Origin: an uncultured Desulfovibrionaceae bacterium
GTDB taxonomy: Bacteria; Desulfobacterota; Desulfovibrionia; Desulfovibrionales; Desulfovibrionaceae
Length of the DNA: 64,000 nucleotides
Direction: 5' to 3'
Assembly: GCA_949741925.1 (NCBI GenBank)
Contig: CATJOY010000029.1
Span: 4,185 to 68,184 of the forward strand
Shown: piece after piece, positions 1-9,303 of the stretch
Numbering within the stretch: the stretch's first letter is position 1
Layout: each line of letters starts with the position of its first letter
Notes under the pieces: model-generated
Seen by the model: the letters and a program-made list of their open reading frames with translations, nothing else
Told to the model about the DNA's origin: nothing
Databases searched by the model: none
Program-made: the position numbers and the translations under genes

Positions 1-588
1 CGCTGCACAGGCCGCCGGGTAGCGGGCCAGAGCCTCCCGCCCTTCGTTTTCGAGAACGGAAAGGCCTACCCGGGCCAGCCCGGGAATTCCGTAGAGAAAC
101 AGCACGTCGCCCGGCCTGACCGGACCGCGCCGTAAAAAACGCTGCGCAGCCAGCCTGCCCCAGATGGTAATGCATACCCCCAGGCTATCAGCCCGCGAAA
201 TATCGCCGCCTGTCAAGGGCAGGGCATAGCGCCCGGCCAGCTCCGCCATGCCCCGGAACAGACGGCGGGCATAATCACGGCGTAGGGGCGTGGGGGTCAT
301 AAGCCCCAGAGAAAAGCCCAAAGGGCGGGCCCCCGCGGCCGCAAGATCGCTGAGGTTCACGGCCAGGGCCTTGTGCCCTATCTCTTCAGGAGTAAAGTAA
401 CGCCGCCTGAAATGGGCGTCCTCCAGAAACAAATCCGTGGAGAGCGCTATCTCTCCCGAAAGAGAGAGCTCGGCGCAGTCGTCGCCCCGGCCGCGGATAA
501 CGCCGGGGGCGGGGGTGTTGGGAAAGAATGCATCCACCAGGGCCAGGAGATCGGCTTCGGAATGGATATACTCATCCTGATCGGCCAT
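1..588 (-). CDS. thiL: thiamine-monophosphate kinase ThiL, N-terminal 196 codons; the 3' end runs off the window
   Basis: Own translation from ATG (complement of 586-588): MADQDEYIHSEADLLALVDAFFPNTPAPGVIRGRGDDCAELSL...TDLFLEDAHFRRRYFTPEEIGHKALAVNLSDLAAAGARP. The GDDCA, ExxHF and NLSDLAA motifs fit the ThiL/AIR-synthase-like family. The frame is open to position 1, which is why it is absent from the ORF track. Confidence 0.8.
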   Translation of the reverse strand, partial: MADQDEYIHSEADLLALVDAFFPNTPAPGVIRGRGDDCAELSLSGEIALSTDLFLEDAHFRRRYFTPEEIGHKALAVNLSDLAAAGARPLGFSLGLMTPTPLRRDYARRLFRGMAELAGRYALPLTGGDISRADSLGVCITIWGRLAAQRFLRRGPVRPGDVLFLYGIPGLARVGLSVLENEGREALARYPAACAA

Positions 589-591
589 GAT

Positions 592-2958
592 TTACTCCTC
601 TCTCACCAGGTACGCGCCCATGATGACCTTGAGGCCGACGCCGGGAAAGTTGACTCGGTACTTATCCGGCGGCAGCTTCTGGATAATTTTGCCTCGGCCG
701 AAAATGCGGTGGGTGCAATAGCCCAACGACTCCGGCGCGGCAGTGGGGGCGCCCAGGGATGAACAGGTTTCCTCGGGTTCTTCCTCCTGGTGCCCCGGCC
801 TTGCCGCGGGAGCGCCGTTCCGTTCCGCCGCAGCCCTTGCATACGCCTCCGGCGGCATCTCCGCCATGGCCGGGTCCGGATCTGTTTCCCAGTCCGGCAG
901 AGCAAACGGGGATCGGCTCCTGCCTTCAGGCCGCGCTGTTGCTTCCGGAGCGGTTGTTCCCGGCCATCCCCGGTTGCCAAAGCCATTCGGAAGCTGATAG
1001 GCAACTTCCCGTTTTGTCAGCTTGCCGTTGTAGCCTTCCCGCCATTCTTCATAGAGGGTGGGGGGCATCTCGCAAAGAAAGGGGCTTGGTTTTGAGGGGC
1101 TGGTACAGCCCATGCCCCGGTCATAGAGGGTAGCAGGCGCGCACATTTCCAGGCGGTCTTTGGCCCTGGTGCATGCCACGTACATAAGGCGGCGTTCTTC
1201 CTCGAAATCATCGGGGCGGGTCATGGCATGGCGGGAGGGAAAGCGGTCTTCCACCAGATCCAGAAGGATCACCGCGCCCCATTCCAGACCTTTGGCCGAA
1301 TGGATGGTTGAAAGGGTAATGCCGCTGCGCTCTTCTTCCTCCTGGAGCGGTTCTTCCAGGGCCAGATCCGCTACCAGCAGATCGAGGTCCGTATACAGCG
1401 CGGCGATAAGCCCCAACTGGTCCAGCCCCTGTTTTCTTCTGGGGTAGTCATCCGGGTACTGCTCCGCCAATCGCGGCTCATAGTGGGCCAGGGCCTCCCC
1501 GTAGAGAAGGCGCGGTTCAGCTTCCAGGGTCCGGAGCGTATCGAGAAAGGCCATGTCCTCTCCGAAGACCGGGTATTTTTTCCGGGCTTTGTCCAGGGCG
1601 GCCGTGTCGCCACGCTGGATATCCCGGTACAGCTTTACCACAGTTTTCGGGCCGATGCCCCGGCTCATCATGGCCATTCTTTGGAACGCCGGGAAATCTA
1701 AGGGGTTCAGCACGAGGCGCAGGTAGGCCATGATATCCTTGACGTGGGCTGCCTCACTGTAGCGAATGCCGCCGAATTTCCGGAAGGGCAAGGCGTTTTT
1801 GGCCAGTTGCATCTCTACATGGTAGGATTGGTAGCCTGCCCGAAACAACACGGCGATTTCCTGCGGCGGGAAGGAGCGAAGAAGTTCCATGACGCGGCCG
1901 GAGACCACGCTTGCCTGCGTCAGATCCGAAAGCGGACGGATCACCAGGGGCTTTTCGCCGCCCTCGCGCGCGGTGAACAGGGTTTTGCCGTAGCCTTCCG
2001 GAGCGTGGATCAGAATGTTGTTGGCCAGATCAAGCACAGGCTGGACAGAACGATAGTTTTCCTCCAGCCGGATGATGCGGGCGCCGGGGAAAATTTTGGG
2101 AAATTCCAGAATGTTTCTGACCGTGGCCCCGCGAAAGGCATAAATGGATTGCGCGTCATCCCCTACAGCCATAATGTTGCCGCACCCCCCGAGGGAACAG
2201 GCGGCATCGTTATCCGTGCCCGCCAGCAAGGCTGCAATTCGGGCCTGGACCAAGTTGGTATCCTGGTATTCGTCCACCATGATATGGCTGTGCCGGCTCC
2301 GGCAAAAGCGCAGTACCTCAGGCCGTTCGCGTAGGGATTCCTCCAGGCGGAATAACAGGTCGTCATAATCCAGCAGTGATTGTTCCTTCTTAAGCGCTGC
2401 ATAGGCCTCGGCAATGCGTTCGATATGCCTGGCGTGGGGCAAAAGATGCTGGGCATCGCGGGACAAGGTTTCCTCAACCGTCATTTCCTTGTTCCGGCAT
2501 TTGCTGATCAGCCCTAGGATAGTCTGGGTCTTGGGAAAGGAATGGTCTCCCCGGGGCAACTTCAGCTCTTCCTTGCAGTGTTGCAGCGCTGCCAGCGAAT
2601 CCGCCGTATCCATGACCGTGGCCTCTCGCTCAAAGCCCACAGGCTTGAACATGCGCAATACGGAATAGGCGTAGGCATGGAAGGTGCCGCCCTGAATCGC
2701 GTCCAGCCCCTGGCTGTGATCCGCCTCTCTCCCCAGAAGCAGCCCTGCCCTGTAAGTCATTTCCCGGGCGGCCTTCCGGGTGAAGGTCAGCAGCAGGATT
2801 GATGCTGCGGGCACGCCGCTTTCCACCAGACGGGCCAGCCGATAGACAATCGTTCGGGTTTTGCCCGTGCCCGCCCCTGCAATGACCAGAACCGGGCCAT
2901 CAAGCGTTGTTGCGGCCTCGTACTGCGCTGCATTAAGTTCCTTTGCGTAATCAATCAT
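592..2958 (-). CDS. uvrD: UvrD/PcrA/Rep-family ATP-dependent DNA helicase (788 aa)
   Basis: Walker A GAGTGKTRT, DEYQDTN (motif II), VGDDAQSIYAFRGA, TIHSAKGLEW, plus a Tudor-like C-terminal tail. The stop lies 3 nt from the thiL start, so an operon is likely. Confidence 0.9.
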   Translation of the reverse strand: MIDYAKELNAAQYEAATTLDGPVLVIAGAGTGKTRTIVYRLARLVESGVPAASILLLTFTRKAAREMTYRAGLLLGREADHSQGLDAIQGGTFHAYAYSVLRMFKPVGFEREATVMDTADSLAALQHCKEELKLPRGDHSFPKTQTILGLISKCRNKEMTVEETLSRDAQHLLPHARHIERIAEAYAALKKEQSLLDYDDLLFRLEESLRERPEVLRFCRSRHSHIMVDEYQDTNLVQARIAALLAGTDNDAACSLGGCGNIMAVGDDAQSIYAFRGATVRNILEFPKIFPGARIIRLEENYRSVQPVLDLANNILIHAPEGYGKTLFTAREGGEKPLVIRPLSDLTQASVVSGRVMELLRSFPPQEIAVLFRAGYQSYHVEMQLAKNALPFRKFGGIRYSEAAHVKDIMAYLRLVLNPLDFPAFQRMAMMSRGIGPKTVVKLYRDIQRGDTAALDKARKKYPVFGEDMAFLDTLRTLEAEPRLLYGEALAHYEPRLAEQYPDDYPRRKQGLDQLGLIAALYTDLDLLVADLALEEPLQEEEERSGITLSTIHSAKGLEWGAVILLDLVEDRFPSRHAMTRPDDFEEERRLMYVACTRAKDRLEMCAPATLYDRGMGCTSPSKPSPFLCEMPPTLYEEWREGYNGKLTKREVAYQLPNGFGNRGWPGTTAPEATARPEGRSRSPFALPDWETDPDPAMAEMPPEAYARAAAERNGAPAARPGHQEEEPEETCSSLGAPTAAPESLGYCTHRIFGRGKIIQKLPPDKYRVNFPGVGLKVIMGAYLVREE

Positions 2959-3029
2959 GATGGTGGGGTAGTCCGCCGGTTAGGTATGTGTGGAAGAAAA
3001 GGCAAGAGGTCGAAGCCAACCAAAAAAGA

Positions 3030-3078
3030 GCGGGGCGCTGCCCCGCACCCCGCAAGGGGGATGATCCCCCTTGACCCC
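3030..3078 (+). repeat. GC-rich multi-hairpin element, copy A
   Basis: gcggggc-gct-gccccgc a cccc-gcaa-ggggg-atga-tccccc ttgacccc. There are three potential stems, two of which share the G-run. Confidence 0.8.
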
Positions 3079-3316
3079 GCATAAGGCAGGCGCGGTTGAA
3101 AATGGTCTGCCATGCCGCGCCGGATGTGCTGCCGGTATTGTTAGCTTCAGAGCAAGTGCCTGTTCCGTCCCGCACCTCTGTGCATATTCCGGTGCCTCCG
3201 GATAGTGCCGGAACGTTCCGCGTTATCGTACCACAACCAGTCATACCGTTATGTGAGAAGGGAAGCAACTGTGAGGCGTTGTCGTTTCTCCTATGGTCGC
3301 AGCCAACCAAAAAAGA

Positions 3317-3365
3317 GCGGGGCGTTGCCCCGCACCCCGCAAGGGGGATGATCCCCCTTGACCCT
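3317..3365 (+). repeat. GC-rich multi-hairpin element, copy B
   Basis: Same 49-nt string as copy A with 2 substitutions, offset by exactly 287 bp. Confidence 0.8.
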
Positions 3366-3677
3366 GCATAAGGCAGGCGCGGTTGAAAATGGTCTGCCAT
3401 CCCGCGTTAGATGTGCCGTCGGTATCGTTAGCTCAGAACAAGCGTCTGTTTCGCCCCGTGCCTATTCCGGCGCCGTTGGATGCTGACGGAGGCTCTGTAA
3501 TGTGCCGGTTTTGTGGCCTCAGGAACGGCTATACTTTGGGGAGGGAAATGGTCATGAGAGGGAAATTCAAGGGGGACAATGCGTTGACTTGATGTGGTGT
3601 TAGGGAGGGAAGAATTATGCCGGCCGATCCCTTGAAGGCAGCGAACGATGAGAGTTCTTTGGGAAAGGGAAGGGGGT

Positions 3678-3729
3678 CCGGGGGAAGGGGAAGCCCTTTC
3701 TTGCAAGAAAGGGCTTCCCCTTCCCCCGG
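3678..3729 (-). terminator. perfect 52-bp palindrome 16 bp downstream of the fadD stop; probable transcript-end hairpin or REP-like element
   Basis: ccgggggaaggggaagccctttcttg|caagaaagggcttccccttcccccgg with 26-bp arms. No clear U-tract follows on the minus strand, so it is not a canonical intrinsic terminator. Confidence 0.4.
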
Positions 3730-3744
3730 CTCTGGTATGGCAGA

Positions 3745-5436
3745 TCACAGACCTGTGTACAGATAGCGTTTGATTTTCTGGGTGGGGGTTTTTTCAAAGG
3801 GTTCGGGTTGAATAAGGATGCGCTGGATACGGATAAAGGAGGAAACCCGGCTGTTGACTTCCGTGCGGAGCGCTTCAAGGATACAGGTACGTTTTTCCTG
3901 CATGGCCTCTTCATCGAGATTGGGGAATTCTTCATCGAGGCGCGCCTGGTTCAGGTGAACCTTGGCAATGAGGCGGCCTTCGTGTTGCAGGACAATGGAT
4001 TCAAGAACGTAAGGGGATTGGCCGATAATGGCTTCCACTTCTTCGGGATAGATGTTTTCGCCGCTGGGGCCGAGAATGAGGTTTTTAGAGCGTCCCTTGA
4101 TATACAGGTAGCCGTCGGCGTCGATTTTCCCGAGATCGCCGGTACGGAGCCAGCCGTCTTCGGTGAGGGTTTCGAGGGTGCTGCCGGGGGATTTGTAGTA
4201 TTCCCGCATGACGTTGGGGCCTTTAACCAGCACTTCGCCTTCGCCGTTTTCATCCGGGGAGTCAATCCGCAGGCTGACCCCTTGCAGGGCGTATCCGGTA
4301 GAGAGGTAGCGGGTATTTTCCAGGCGGCTGGCGGCGCAGAGCGGGGCGGCTTCCGTCAGGCCGTACCCGACAAGGTAGGGGAAATCCGCTTCGCGGAGAA
4401 AGAGTTCCACGTCCGGGGCCAGGGCCGCCCCGCCGATGGCGCAAACCCGCAGTTTTCCGCCAAAGGTCTGGCGCAGTTTTTTCCCGGCCAGGCGGTGCAG
4501 GATGCGCCGGATAGGGGAACAGGAGTAGAGGAAACGGCGCAGACCGGTTTTGGTGAGCTTCGGCAAAATAGCGTTGCGGAAGATCTTTTCGATGAGCAAG
4601 GGCACGATCAGAATGCCCGTAGGCTTGACCTGCGCCAAGGCAGGCAGGAGGACACGGGCCGTAGGGGGCTTATCAAGGTAGTGGACATGGCAGCCCCGGA
4701 GCATCGGCAGAATAAGGCCGATGGTGCATTCGTACGTATGCGGCATGGGCAGCACCGAAAGGATTCTATCCCCCGGCCCGAGCTCGAAGAAACAGCGGAT
4801 GGCCTCGGCGTTGGAAACAATATTCTTGTGCGTCAGCACCACGCCCTTGGAGTAACCGGTTGTGCCGGAGGTGTAGATAATGGCTGCAACATCATCCTCA
4901 GCGGGCTCTTTGGGCGGCGTGGGAGGGAGGCGGAGTACGGTTTCCCGAAATTTGCGGAACTGCTGGAGGCCGGCGCTTTTGAGTTCCCGGAGCCGGTCAC
5001 GGGTCGCCCCCTGCTCAATGGGCAAAAAGGTCTCCAGGTTCACGAACAGCGGGGCTTGGTCGAATTCGGCATCCTCTATTTTACTGTAGAGTTTTTCCGA
5101 GACGAAAACAACCTTAGCTTCGCTGTGGCGAAGAATATACTGGATGGCTTCCGGATGGAATTCGGTCAGGATGGGCACAGCCACGGCGCCCATGGCGGTA
5201 ACGGCAAAATAGGCTACGCCCCAGTGGGGGCCGTTTTCGGCCAGAATGGCCACGGTATCCCCAAAGCCCACGCCCTGGTCGGCCAGCCAGAGAGAGAGGG
5301 CCCTGGCGGAATCATAAAGATCTTTAAAGCTCAAGGGCTCCTGGCCAACCCAGGAAAGAGCCGGATGGGCGGCGTAGCGTTCGGCGCTGGTCTCCAGGAG
5401 ACAGCGCAACGTATGGGTGGAAAGATTTTCGGCCAT
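3745..5436 (-). CDS. fadD: AMP-dependent long-chain fatty-acid--CoA ligase (563 aa)
   Basis: AMP-binding signature IIYTSGTTGYSKGVVLTHKN, then GYGLTE, TGDLG and IKGRSK motifs. Confidence 0.85.
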   Translation of the reverse strand: MAENLSTHTLRCLLETSAERYAAHPALSWVGQEPLSFKDLYDSARALSLWLADQGVGFGDTVAILAENGPHWGVAYFAVTAMGAVAVPILTEFHPEAIQYILRHSEAKVVFVSEKLYSKIEDAEFDQAPLFVNLETFLPIEQGATRDRLRELKSAGLQQFRKFRETVLRLPPTPPKEPAEDDVAAIIYTSGTTGYSKGVVLTHKNIVSNAEAIRCFFELGPGDRILSVLPMPHTYECTIGLILPMLRGCHVHYLDKPPTARVLLPALAQVKPTGILIVPLLIEKIFRNAILPKLTKTGLRRFLYSCSPIRRILHRLAGKKLRQTFGGKLRVCAIGGAALAPDVELFLREADFPYLVGYGLTEAAPLCAASRLENTRYLSTGYALQGVSLRIDSPDENGEGEVLVKGPNVMREYYKSPGSTLETLTEDGWLRTGDLGKIDADGYLYIKGRSKNLILGPSGENIYPEEVEAIIGQSPYVLESIVLQHEGRLIAKVHLNQARLDEEFPNLDEEAMQEKRTCILEALRTEVNSRVSSFIRIQRILIQPEPFEKTPTQKIKRYLYTGL

Positions 5437-5869
5437 AGCTGCTCCACAGTACTGCGAAATTATAATTGTAAGTCAAAAAGCGTCGTTGCGCAAGAACGAT
5501 AGCAAAAAATTTTAGGGAAGAGGCAGAGGCCTGTAATTTTTTTTGTGGATTATCCCTCGTTTTCGCGCTATCGGAGGCTTGCCCCCAAAGGCTGTGCCCA
5601 GGCAAGAAAGGGAAAGGCCGCCTGAAGATAGGCCCGATTCCCTTGTAAGGGGTTGTTCGCGCAACGGCTCTTTTGCCCGCCGGCGACATCAAAAAAGCTT
5701 TTTATTCCGGTAACATAAAAATAACTTCCCGCTATAAAAAAGCTCTTTTTCCTGTCCGCTGATACCTTATGTTGTGAACAACCCTCTGTGCGTGCCCGCT
5801 TGAATGGCGTGGGCAGCTCAGGCGCCGGAAAAAACGATGGGATAAGATCTGCTCGAGGCGGAGAACTGC

Positions 5870-6553
5870 ATGACCGATTTTAGCTTCATAACCATGTTTA
5901 CCGAGGCGACCCTTGTCGCCCAGCTTGTGCTGTTGCTGCTGCTGACGTTATCCGTGATCAGCTGGAGCCTGATGATTTATAAGTTTTTTTTCCTGAATGC
6001 CGCGCTGCACAAGGCGAAAAGGGGCATACTCCGGTTTACGGATGCCCGCGATCTGCGCGAGGCCGTGCGGGTTTTGGCCCTTGATTCCTCCTCGCCCTTA
6101 TACCATGTGGCTCAACAGGGCGTGGCGGAATTCAACCGATCCAAGGATGCGGGCAATGCCCCGGAGGTGGTGGCGGATAATGTGCGCCGGGCTCTGGATC
6201 AGGGCGTTAACGAGGCCATGGGCACGCTTTCTTCCTCGCTCTCCTTTCTGGCCACCACGGCGAATACCGCCCCGTTTATCGGCCTTTTCGGCACGGTTTG
6301 GGGCATCATGTATTCCTTCCACCGCATCAGCCAGATGAAAACGGCGGCTATTTCCACGGTTGCGCCGGGCATATCCGAAGCCCTGGTGGCTACTGCCGTA
6401 GGGCTGTTTGTGGCTATTCCGGCGACGGTCGGCTATAACACCTTTTTGAACGCCACCTCGCGCATACAGGCCGAACTGGTCGATTTTGCCGGGGTTTTTC
6501 TCAACCGGGTACAGCGCGAGATGCACGCCAAAGGCTCCGGCAACGATTCATAG
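5870..6553 (+). CDS. tolQ: Tol-Pal system protein TolQ (MotA/TolQ/ExbB proton channel)
   Basis: 227 aa with 3 TM segments and TAPFIGLFGTVWGIM...ISEALVATAVGLFVAIPA. It is followed by tolR, tolA, tolB and pal. Confidence 0.9.
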   Translation: MTDFSFITMFTEATLVAQLVLLLLLTLSVISWSLMIYKFFFLNAALHKAKRGILRFTDARDLREAVRVLALDSSSPLYHVAQQGVAEFNRSKDAGNAPEVVADNVRRALDQGVNEAMGTLSSSLSFLATTANTAPFIGLFGTVWGIMYSFHRISQMKTAAISTVAPGISEALVATAVGLFVAIPATVGYNTFLNATSRIQAELVDFAGVFLNRVQREMHAKGSGNDS

Positions 6554-6563
6554 GAGAGGAGCC

Positions 6564-7058
6564 ATGGGATTTTCTCCGGGTAAAAAAGGCTTTGTGGCAG
6601 AAATCAACGTGACGCCTTTTGTGGATGTCATGTTGGTGCTGCTTATCATATTTATGGTCACGGCTCCGCTGATGACCGAGGGGCTGGATGTGGACCTGCC
6701 TCAGACTGTGGCCGCCGACGCCCTGCCCACAGATAAAGATCATATTGTCCTCTCCATCCGGCGGGATGGGGCCGTCTATATTGATACATACCCCGTTCCG
6801 GATCTGGATGCCTTTGAGGCCCAACTGGCCACAGTGGCCGGAGAGCAAAAACGCCAGGTTTTCATTCAGGCGGATAAAGAAGTTCCTTACGGATTGGTGG
6901 TTGCTCTCATGGGGCGCATCCAGGCGGCCGGTATTTACAACATCGGCATTGTGGCTGAACGGCTGGAAAACACGCCGTTGACCCCGGCCGCGCCTCTTGG
7001 CGGCGCTGAGGCTTCCCCGGCGGCAGGACAGCCGAGGGCCACTACCAGGGGACGCTAG
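6564..7058 (+). CDS. tolR: Tol-Pal system protein TolR (ExbD/TolR family)
   Basis: ATG at 6564 preceded by aggagagga. Carries the EINVTPFVDVMLVLLIIFMVTAPL signature. The ORF-track start at 6486 overlaps the tolQ end and is unlikely. Confidence 0.9.
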   Translation: MGFSPGKKGFVAEINVTPFVDVMLVLLIIFMVTAPLMTEGLDVDLPQTVAADALPTDKDHIVLSIRRDGAVYIDTYPVPDLDAFEAQLATVAGEQKRQVFIQADKEVPYGLVVALMGRIQAAGIYNIGIVAERLENTPLTPAAPLGGAEASPAAGQPRATTRGR

Positions 7059-7972
7059 TGTTTTCACGGTCGGTGAGCTTTCTTGTTTCTCTGTGCCTGC
7101 ATGCAAGCATCCTTGTTGTAGCGCTTTATTGGCGTGATGAAAAAAAACTGTTTGTCGATCTGGAAAGCCCGGTTATTGATGTCAATCTCTATACCATTGG
7201 CAGCGCTCCCGCCATTTCCGCGCCTCCGGCAGTGATCGAGGAACCCGCGGCTCCTTCAGCCCCGGAGCCCACGCAAACCCGAACTCCCGAACCCGAGCCG
7301 CCCGTGGCGCCGCAAGTGACCCCTCCGCCCCCGGAGCAGCCCCGGGCGCCTTCTCCGGCTGTGCCGGAGCCCACTCAAATTCCTGTGGAAACACCGCCAA
7401 AGCCTGTGCCTGTGCCGCCTGTACCCGCGGAAGATGCTCCCAAGCCTCCGAAAAAGGAGCCTGAGCCGCCGCAGGATAAGCCCAAGCCGCCGGAAAAGCC
7501 GAAACCGCCGGAGCGTACCCCGCCGCGAACGCCTCGTGATCCGGTGGGCAGCGCCCTTAAGGATTTGGCAACGCCCCAACGAAAGCCCGCGAAAAAACCC
7601 TCCCGGAACTCCGTTGACCAGGCTTTGCGGGATTTAGCCAAGGGCAGCGGTCAGGGCGGCACGCCCGGCCTGGGGGGCGATGGCGTGGGCTTGCGCGGCT
7701 CCTACGAACAATCCATTATCTCGCGGGTGCACCGCTTTTGGGAAGCGCCTCCCCGGGCGGACCGGGTCAATGCGCTGGCCAGCGTGCGGATATATATCGA
7801 GCCGGATGGACTGATCAGCCGGGTAGAACTTGTCCAGAGTTCCGGCAACTCAGCCTTTGACGGCTCTGTACTCAAGGCTGTCAGGGATACCGAGCGGCTC
7901 GAGCCGCCGCCGGACCCCCGCCTCAGAGAGATGGTCATCGGCTTCGCCTATGAGGCGATGTCGGGAAGATAA
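7058..7972 (+). CDS. tolA: TolA-like protein: N-terminal TM anchor, long Pro/Glu/Lys-rich spacer, TonB/TolA C-terminal domain
   Basis: The GTG start overlaps the tolR stop (TAGTG). The spacer contains PEPEPP...KPKPPEKPKPPE. The C-terminal domain reads IISRVHRFWEAPP...VRIYIEPDGLISRVELVQSSGNSAFDGSVLKAV. It sits between tolR and tolB. Confidence 0.75.
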   Translation: MFSRSVSFLVSLCLHASILVVALYWRDEKKLFVDLESPVIDVNLYTIGSAPAISAPPAVIEEPAAPSAPEPTQTRTPEPEPPVAPQVTPPPPEQPRAPSPAVPEPTQIPVETPPKPVPVPPVPAEDAPKPPKKEPEPPQDKPKPPEKPKPPERTPPRTPRDPVGSALKDLATPQRKPAKKPSRNSVDQALRDLAKGSGQGGTPGLGGDGVGLRGSYEQSIISRVHRFWEAPPRADRVNALASVRIYIEPDGLISRVELVQSSGNSAFDGSVLKAVRDTERLEPPPDPRLREMVIGFAYEAMSGR

Positions 7973-7998
7973 CCTGCGTGGAATAATGAGGATTTTCT

Positions 7999-9303
7999 AT
8001 GCGAAGCAGCAGATATTGTGTTCAAATGGTTTTTTTGTTGTTGTTGCTGGCTGTGCCGGCCGGATATTCTTCGGCCGCCTCCAACACGGCCCTGGTGACC
8101 AACCCCCAACTTCGGGTACGCATTGCCATGGCCGAGCCGCTGGGGGCATCTAAAGGCCCGGCGGCTCAGGTGCAGCACTATATCAGCCAGGATTTGCGTT
8201 TTCTGCCCTTTGTCACGCTGGTTGATTCCGCCGGGGTTCCGGGAGGGGCGAACCTCTCCGTCGCCAACGGACCGGATCTGGATCTTCGGCGCTTTCAGCT
8301 TGCGGGAGCGCATATTCTGATTACTTCGTCCTGGAGCCGGGAAGGCGCTGCGCCGCGGGTGGAACTTCGCGCTTTTGATGTAACCACCGGCTCTTTTATT
8401 TTCGGACACGGCTATAACAACGCCGTGGAAGCCAATGCCGGCGAGGTGGCGGATAGGTTCTGCTCTGAGTTGATGAAAGCCCTGACCGGTCGGGGCGATT
8501 TTTTCCTTTCAACCATCGTCTTTATCAAAAGCGCAGGACCGGGCAAGAAGGATGTTTGGGCCGTCAAGCCTACCGGCCGGGATCTGCGCCGTTTGACCAA
8601 TCTCCCCGGCGACGCGCTCTCTCCCTCCTGGTCCCCGGACGGCCGTTTCGTTGTTTTCAGCCATGTTGATAGGCGTACGCACGGCTTGGGGGTATGGGAT
8701 AGCGCCACCGGCAGCACCCAGCGCATCAAGTTCCCCGGCAATACGGTTATCAGCCCGGTTTTTATGCCGGATAACACCGTAGCGGTCAGTCTTTCCGGCG
8801 GCAAAAACCCTAATATCTATCTTTTGAACCATCAGTTCAGGCGGGAGCGGGCCCTGGTGGAGAGCGGCGGCATTGATGTTTCCCCCTCTGTAGATTCCAG
8901 CGGAACGCTGATGGCCTTTGCCTCCAGCCGCATGGGCAACCCTCATATTTTCTTAAAAAATCTCTCCACCGGGGCGGTTTCTCGGATCACCTACGAGGGC
9001 AAATACAATACGGAACCCTCCATCAGCCCGGATGGTTCCATGATCGCATTTTCCCGGATGATCGGCGGCCAGCACCGGATTTTTGTTTACGATATTGCCA
9101 AAAAGACGGAAACCCAGATCAGCTTTGGGCCGGGGAGCGACGAACAGCCTTCCTTTGGCTCAGATAGCTATTTTATCGCCTTTACCTCCACCCGTTCGGG
9201 GCAGAAACAAATTTACCTGACCACGCGCAACGGCGGCGAAGCCCGGCATATTCCTACCGGCCAGGGCGATGCTTCTTTCCCGCGTTGGGGGCTGCCGCGA
9301 TAG
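7999..9303 (+). CDS. tolB: Tol-Pal system beta-propeller protein TolB (434 aa)
   Basis: Signal peptide followed by repeated SPSWSPDG / EPSISPDG / DEQPSFGSD propeller blades. Confidence 0.9.
   Translation: MRSSRYCVQMVFLLLLLAVPAGYSSAASNTALVTNPQLRVRIAMAEPLGASKGPAAQVQHYISQDLRFLPFVTLVDSAGVPGGANLSVANGPDLDLRRFQLAGAHILITSSWSREGAAPRVELRAFDVTTGSFIFGHGYNNAVEANAGEVADRFCSELMKALTGRGDFFLSTIVFIKSAGPGKKDVWAVKPTGRDLRRLTNLPGDALSPSWSPDGRFVVFSHVDRRTHGLGVWDSATGSTQRIKFPGNTVISPVFMPDNTVAVSLSGGKNPNIYLLNHQFRRERALVESGGIDVSPSVDSSGTLMAFASSRMGNPHIFLKNLSTGAVSRITYEGKYNTEPSISPDGSMIAFSRMIGGQHRIFVYDIAKKTETQISFGPGSDEQPSFGSDSYFIAFTSTRSGQKQIYLTTRNGGEARHIPTGQGDASFPRWGLPR

Larger units (their letters stand above)
3008..3489 (+). 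repeat. two homologous about 200-bp segments (3008-3211 and 3295-3489) repeated in tandem with a 287-bp period
   Basis: Aligned by eye. agccaaccaaaaaagagcggggcg(c/t)tgccccgcaccccgcaagggggatgatcccccttgaccc...gcataaggcaggcgcggttgaaaatggtctgccat... occurs at 3014 and 3301. Identity is high for the first about 110 bp and then decays with substitutions and indels. Confidence 0.85.

Noticed and set aside
3008-3489. Diversity-generating retroelement template/variable repeat pair
   Set aside because: Mismatches between the two copies are not adenine-specific (C/T, G/C and indels). No reverse transcriptase or target gene is adjacent.
3096-3592. Two paralogous ORFs both starting MKMVCH(A/P)A.DV
   Set aside because: The similarity is a by-product of the 287-bp tandem DNA repeat. 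Both would need a TTG start with no RBS. Downstream sequences diverge by frameshifting indels, and the composition is not protein-like.
3808-5502. 564-aa ORF on the plus strand
   Set aside because: It is antisense to the fadD-like gene, which carries clear AMP-binding motifs. The translation is Gly/Arg/Ala/Phe-rich with no motif. It is a typical shadow ORF of a GC-rich coding strand.
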